NCBI GenBank assembly: GCA_963752255.1 | Contig: CAVVXT010000012.1 | Span: 192,001-256,000 of the forward strand | DNA from: Nitrososphaeria archaeon | GTDB lineage: Archaea > Thermoproteota > Nitrososphaeria > JACIWG01 | Reading direction: 5' to 3' | Length of the DNA: 64,000 bases | Shown here: one piece after another, positions 60,642 to 64,000 of the stretch | How the letters are laid out: the number at the start of each line of letters is the position of its first letter | How positions within the stretch are numbered: position 1 is the stretch's first letter | The notes under the pieces: model-generated | Databases searched by the model: none | The model's input: the letters and a program-made list of their open reading frames with translations, nothing else | Told to the model about the DNA's origin: nothing | Translations under genes and position numbers: made by a program

Positions 60642-61565
60642 TCATTTTAATGTGCTAATATACACAGCAACATCGAAAGATTGCAAAATCTCTTTAGTTC
60701 TATTTCTGACAGTCAGAGGTGTAACACCAAGCTCTGAAGCAATATCCTCCGATGATATAGACTCGTCAAAGAGTGCAGAGGCTATGTGGATGCAGGAGGC
60801 AGCAAGACCTGCGGGATTTTTTCCTAAGGAGATGTTTGAAGCTTCTACCTTCGAAGCCAAATCCAGAGCCAGGCGCTCAACCTTTATTGAGAGATTTAGC
60901 ATGTTAGACAGTTTAGTTACATAATTAGATATGTGAGGTCGACTGACAGAAGTAGAGAAGGTCTGTGCCAACGCGCGATAGTATTTGGCAACATCTTTTT
61001 CTTTAATATCCGCAAAATCGGCTACTTCCTTGAGGGTCCTGTTTACATCGCACATGCGACACGCTAGGTAGACCATCGCAGCAGCGATCTCCTTTTGACC
61101 CTTGTTTTTGGCGAAAGCCTTTATTTTTGAGGAACGGATAAAATATGCTGCGGTTTCGGCTACGTTGTTTGGTAGAGAAAGTTTTGTCGCCAGATCTTCA
61201 ATCTTCTCCAGCAGTTTCATCAGTGAACGTTCTTCAGCGCTGACTCTTATCATAGAGTATGTTGTCCTAATTTTTTTTGCATCATTATTTTGCTTGAAAT
61301 TAGAGAAGGAACCATATGGCTTGTCCCCTACAAGTGTACTCAGTCCTTCATCATGTAGGAGGAAAGTTCGAGGAGCACCGACGCGGACACGCTTCTGCTT
61401 ATCCTCCATATCAATAGCCTTCCATTCAGGGTGGTCGTCAACAGCTCGATCCCTAACAACTAAACCACATTTTGGGCAGATAAGCTCCCCCGAGGCCGAG
61501 TCGATTATAAGCCCGCGATCGCAGAAAGGACATCGCTGGGATGCTTCATCACGTACTCCGGACAA
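60642..61565 (-). CDS. tfb: Transcription initiation factor IIB (divergent)
   Basis: Zn ribbon CPFC..CPKCG, PEW, R.G.P...HD.GLST, two cyclin repeats (AA.VYLACR; GK.P.GLAA; TVRNR.KE). Confidence 0.9.
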   Translation of the reverse strand: MSGVRDEASQRCPFCDRGLIIDSASGELICPKCGLVVRDRAVDDHPEWKAIDMEDKQKRVRVGAPRTFLLHDEGLSTLVGDKPYGSFSNFKQNNDAKKIRTTYSMIRVSAEERSLMKLLEKIEDLATKLSLPNNVAETAAYFIRSSKIKAFAKNKGQKEIAAAMVYLACRMCDVNRTLKEVADFADIKEKDVAKYYRALAQTFSTSVSRPHISNYVTKLSNMLNLSIKVERLALDLASKVEASNISLGKNPAGLAASCIHIASALFDESISSEDIASELGVTPLTVRNRTKEILQSFDVAVYISTLK

Positions 61566-61566
61566 T

Positions 61567-61806
61567 TTAACCCGACTCCATTCGAACGTACAATTGTTCG
61601 CCTATTAGTTTTCTAACCCTGTCTGTTGTAGGCTTTACAGAAACATATGGTGAGGAAATAGGTCCAAAGGTTTCTACGACGAAGCCAATCTTCTTTCCTG
61701 AGGCATCAAATACGGGAATAGAAGGCTTAAGGAAAACTTCTGCCTTAACAATGAGATTTCCACTTTTGGCCTGATGTAGGACCTGGCCTAATTTCTTCAC
61801 AACCAA
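61567..61806 (-). CDS. gar1: H/ACA RNP protein Gar1
   Basis: LG.V.H....G.LI, IG.V...FGP...PY..VK. Confidence 0.85.
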   Translation of the reverse strand: MVVKKLGQVLHQAKSGNLIVKAEVFLKPSIPVFDASGKKIGFVVETFGPISSPYVSVKPTTDRVRKLIGEQLYVRMESG

Positions 61807-61825
61807 TTTATAAAGAGAACATAAT

Positions 61826-62125
61826 TTAAACCTTTTGATGTCTCATGCCACGCACTGTGCCCAATGTCCTAGAGACATCTTTAAGTACATCATTCTTTCG
61901 CCCACCCTTATTTATAGACACGTAACCGCTTTCAATAAAAGATCTCTTAGGATACATCGCCTTAACTGGTTCTGATATGAGTCCAAGCTTTGTCACCGAT
62001 TCGACGAGTTCGTCCATTGTTGGAGAACCGACAGCGAGATATAGAGGCACCTTTCTACCGTCCTCCCTTGAAAGTTTGGAGTTAAAGTAATCAAGCCACA
62101 AGATTATCCTTTTGTAATCCTTCAA
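61826..62125 (-). CDS. srp19: Signal recognition particle protein SRP19
   Basis: W..YF....SR..GRKVP..LA...P...E, YPK. Confidence 0.9.
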   Translation of the reverse strand: MKDYKRIILWLDYFNSKLSREDGRKVPLYLAVGSPTMDELVESVTKLGLISEPVKAMYPKRSFIESGYVSINKGGRKNDVLKDVSRTLGTVRGMRHQKV

Positions 62126-62131
62126 CTTAGA

Positions 62132-62518
62132 TTACCGTTTAATTAATATGGCATTAACTATACCGGCTTGCCCAGGTCTTGAAGTAACCTTTGCTTCTCC
62201 GAGCTCAGTGTCTACAAGTGCACCCTTTGTAATAACACCCTTCCTTGTGAGATCTTTGCTTGCAGGGTTTGTTACCAGTTTATTAATCTTAACCTTCTTA
62301 GTCTGCTTTGACACCGGGTCGAGAACGTTCGCATACTGAGTGGAAAGACACTTGACCTTTAAACCACCTCCCCGTGTATTTTTGACGACCCTTTCATCCT
62401 CGTTAATCTTTGTTTCAATAGGATATCCATGTCGCTCGTAAGCTCTTCTCCCCCTATTCGGGTTCTTAACGCCACCCGTGAGCTTGCGTTTGTGAAGATT
62501 TTCTATATTCTGTGGCAT
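62132..62518 (-). CDS. rps8e: 30S ribosomal protein eS8
   Basis: RK.TGG, RGG..K, NPA....R..ITKG, G.A.VTSRPGQ.G.VNA. Confidence 0.96.
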   Translation of the reverse strand: MPQNIENLHKRKLTGGVKNPNRGRRAYERHGYPIETKINEDERVVKNTRGGGLKVKCLSTQYANVLDPVSKQTKKVKINKLVTNPASKDLTRKGVITKGALVDTELGEAKVTSRPGQAGIVNAILIKR

Positions 62519-62594
62519 TTTCTAACAAAACACCCCTGATGTGAAGAAGGTTATAAGATTATGGGATAATATACTTTTCGACCCAGTTAAAATA

Positions 62595-63146
62595 CTATCC
62601 AGAAATCTCCTTCGGTATCTGTAATCCCTTAGGAGACCTTGCTTTTAGTTGCTCTTTTAGGTCATTGATGTCAGCACTTAATCCGAAATATTCGGAAAAA
62701 TTACTTGTTGTGACATAGGTTTTTGGTTTTATGCTAGATTGAACTGACACGAAGTCGAGAACCTCTAGTGTTGAGAGATGGCGGTAAGCTTTCGAACCGA
62801 TATGTCTTAGAATATCTTTTATTGTAACAGGTTGATAGAATGCCACATAAGACAGCGTTTTGAGGACGGCTTCGGGGACAAGGGGTTTAGTGGCGAACTT
62901 TCTAACAATGTTGTTGTAATCTGACTTCAGCTGCATGGCAAACAGGTTTCCCGGCAGTTCAACTATTTCCAGCGCGTTCGAAAAAGAGTTGTAAGTAGAA
63001 AGTACTTCTCTTGCCAGTAAAAGGTTCTTTCTCTTGGAAATGACTCCAGTGGCACGTGAAATGTCTTCCATGGAAAGAGGGTGACCGGTGACGTAAAGAG
63101 CCGCTTCTATCCTTCCCTTTAGAACGCTTATTTCTTCTTTGTTCAC
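62595..63146 (-). CDS. scpB: SMC-Scp complex subunit ScpB
   Basis: IEAALY....PL, L.TLSY.A..QP.T, Y.TT..F..YFG. Confidence 0.88.
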   Translation of the reverse strand: MNKEEISVLKGRIEAALYVTGHPLSMEDISRATGVISKRKNLLLAREVLSTYNSFSNALEIVELPGNLFAMQLKSDYNNIVRKFATKPLVPEAVLKTLSYVAFYQPVTIKDILRHIGSKAYRHLSTLEVLDFVSVQSSIKPKTYVTTSNFSEYFGLSADINDLKEQLKARSPKGLQIPKEISG

Positions 63147-63791
63147 TGTACAAGCACCGTAATAACAATATCATCGCTAACCTGCTTCAAATCAGCGAAC
63201 TCTTCTTGTGCTACACAAAGTGACAGGATAAAATGCCTTACCATCTCTATCAAAGTAAGCCCGTGAACCATCCTCCTAAAGCTGACCTGATGTGAATCAT
63301 CCATCAGCATCATAAGCTTCTTCTTAAACTCCTTCAACGTCTCGTTTATGTTCATAATGAAAGGGTCGACTGGCAGCTCTAAGCCTAGGAACGGGGATTA
63401 GCGTCTCTTCTTTCCTCAGTTGTATAGTTGAAGCTGAAGCTATGATCCTTTCAAGAGCTGTTAGAAGATCTTCAACCGATGTAGAATACGATTCATGTCT
63501 ATAAGGAACCTCTATAATAGAAGGCAACGTGAGATCTTCTCTCTCCATCTGAGCTGAAGACTGCCTTTCAAAAAGGAAAAAAGATTCGACCTGCAATCTG
63601 AATATTATAGACGAAGACAATGCGACAGTTCCGTAAAGCCTTAAATCCTTAGATTCCTCTATAGTATAGATAGATAGAAATTCCTTTAAGAGATCTTTAA
63701 CATTTATGTTCCACGCCTTCTTCTTTGACAGATCCTCAGAATCCAGGAGGAACTTCAGAGGAATCTTTGTAAGAGGGCCCTTTGTGCTCAT
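63143..63791 (-). CDS. scpA: Kleisin ScpA; one extra base at about 63384-63396 (probable sequencing indel)
   Basis: W.I....L...FL, G......S...R; C-terminal wHTH ..F...L...Q....L.Q....I; lies between smc and scpB. Confidence 0.78.
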
Positions 63792-64000
63792 GATCGAGCC
63801 TCTTTAACCATCATTTCCGGTGAATATTCGACGACGTTAGCGTGCCCGCTACGCTGATAGACACCAAAGATTTTGTCAGCCTTCGAGAGGGTAACATCCT
63901 TTAAAGTGATGAGTATAATCTGCGATTCCGCAGCGCGTTCATGTAGTATTTTGATCAAACGCTCTAGGTTAAACGGATCAAGGTGTGCGTCTATTTCATC
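63788..64000 (-). CDS. smc: SMC chromosome segregation ATPase, C-terminal end (gene runs off the window)
   Basis: The reverse strand reads DEIDAHLD..N.......SQ.I.ITLK.....AD..FGVY (Walker B / D-loop); TGA overlaps the scpA ATG. Confidence 0.9.
   Translation of the reverse strand, partial: DEIDAHLDPFNLERLIKILHERAAESQIILITLKDVTLSKADKIFGVYQRSGHANVVEYSPEMMVKEARS

Noticed and set aside
63139-63153. TTGTTCA-C-TGTACAA at the scpA/scpB junction as another copy of the nurA operator
   Set aside because: Spacer is 1 nt instead of 3 and the site lies in overlapping coding sequence; probably coincidental
759-63174. Many 60-170 aa ORFs antisense to or nested in recognised genes (e.g. 759-1034, 5775-6065, 20352-20684, 35587-35991, 61102-61608)
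   Set aside because: Shadow ORFs of well-supported genes on the other strand or frame, with no motifs of their own

Overview
Archaeal chromosomal segment, most consistent with a deep-branching member of the TACK/Nitrososphaeria (Thaumarchaeota-like) lineage. Markers are eS25, eS26, eS30, PolB1, SMC-ScpAB, TFE-beta/RPC34-like, GatDE and an RpoP with a C-x-C second knuckle. It is mostly housekeeping: a glycogen/sugar-nucleotide cluster (GT4, GalT, GT4), alba, rpoK, lig, HPS, endA, ribose-1,5-bisphosphate isomerase, trmI, a complete but unusually arranged A/V-type ATPase cluster, DEAD-box helicase, EndoQ-like nuclease, proS, ahcY, thrS, speB, polB, glyS, gatDE, elp3, pyrDK, nop5-fibrillarin, rnhB, nth, trm1, rlmE, tfb, gar1, srp19, rps8e and scpAB-smc. 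Four things stand out. (1) A nurA-herA paralog pair with no adjacent mre11/rad50 is transcribed divergently from a cluster of three small proteins that share an N-terminal beta-hairpin/helix module plus a winged helix; the short shared promoter carries two copies of a palindrome TTGT(T/G)CA-N3-TGAACAA. (2) All five single-base frameshifts in core genes (lig, R15P isomerase, gatE, nop5, scpA) can be repaired at or beside a CTAG tetramer, which suggests a CTAG DNA modification showing through as long-read base-calling errors. (3) An AT-rich decayed island at about 13.1-16.2 kb holds a DNA methyltransferase fragment and RHH/HTH relics. (4) The Alba protein has a repeat-expanded N-terminal tail. 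No rRNA, tRNA or CRISPR array was recognised. All calls come from motif recognition by eye; no database searches were run.
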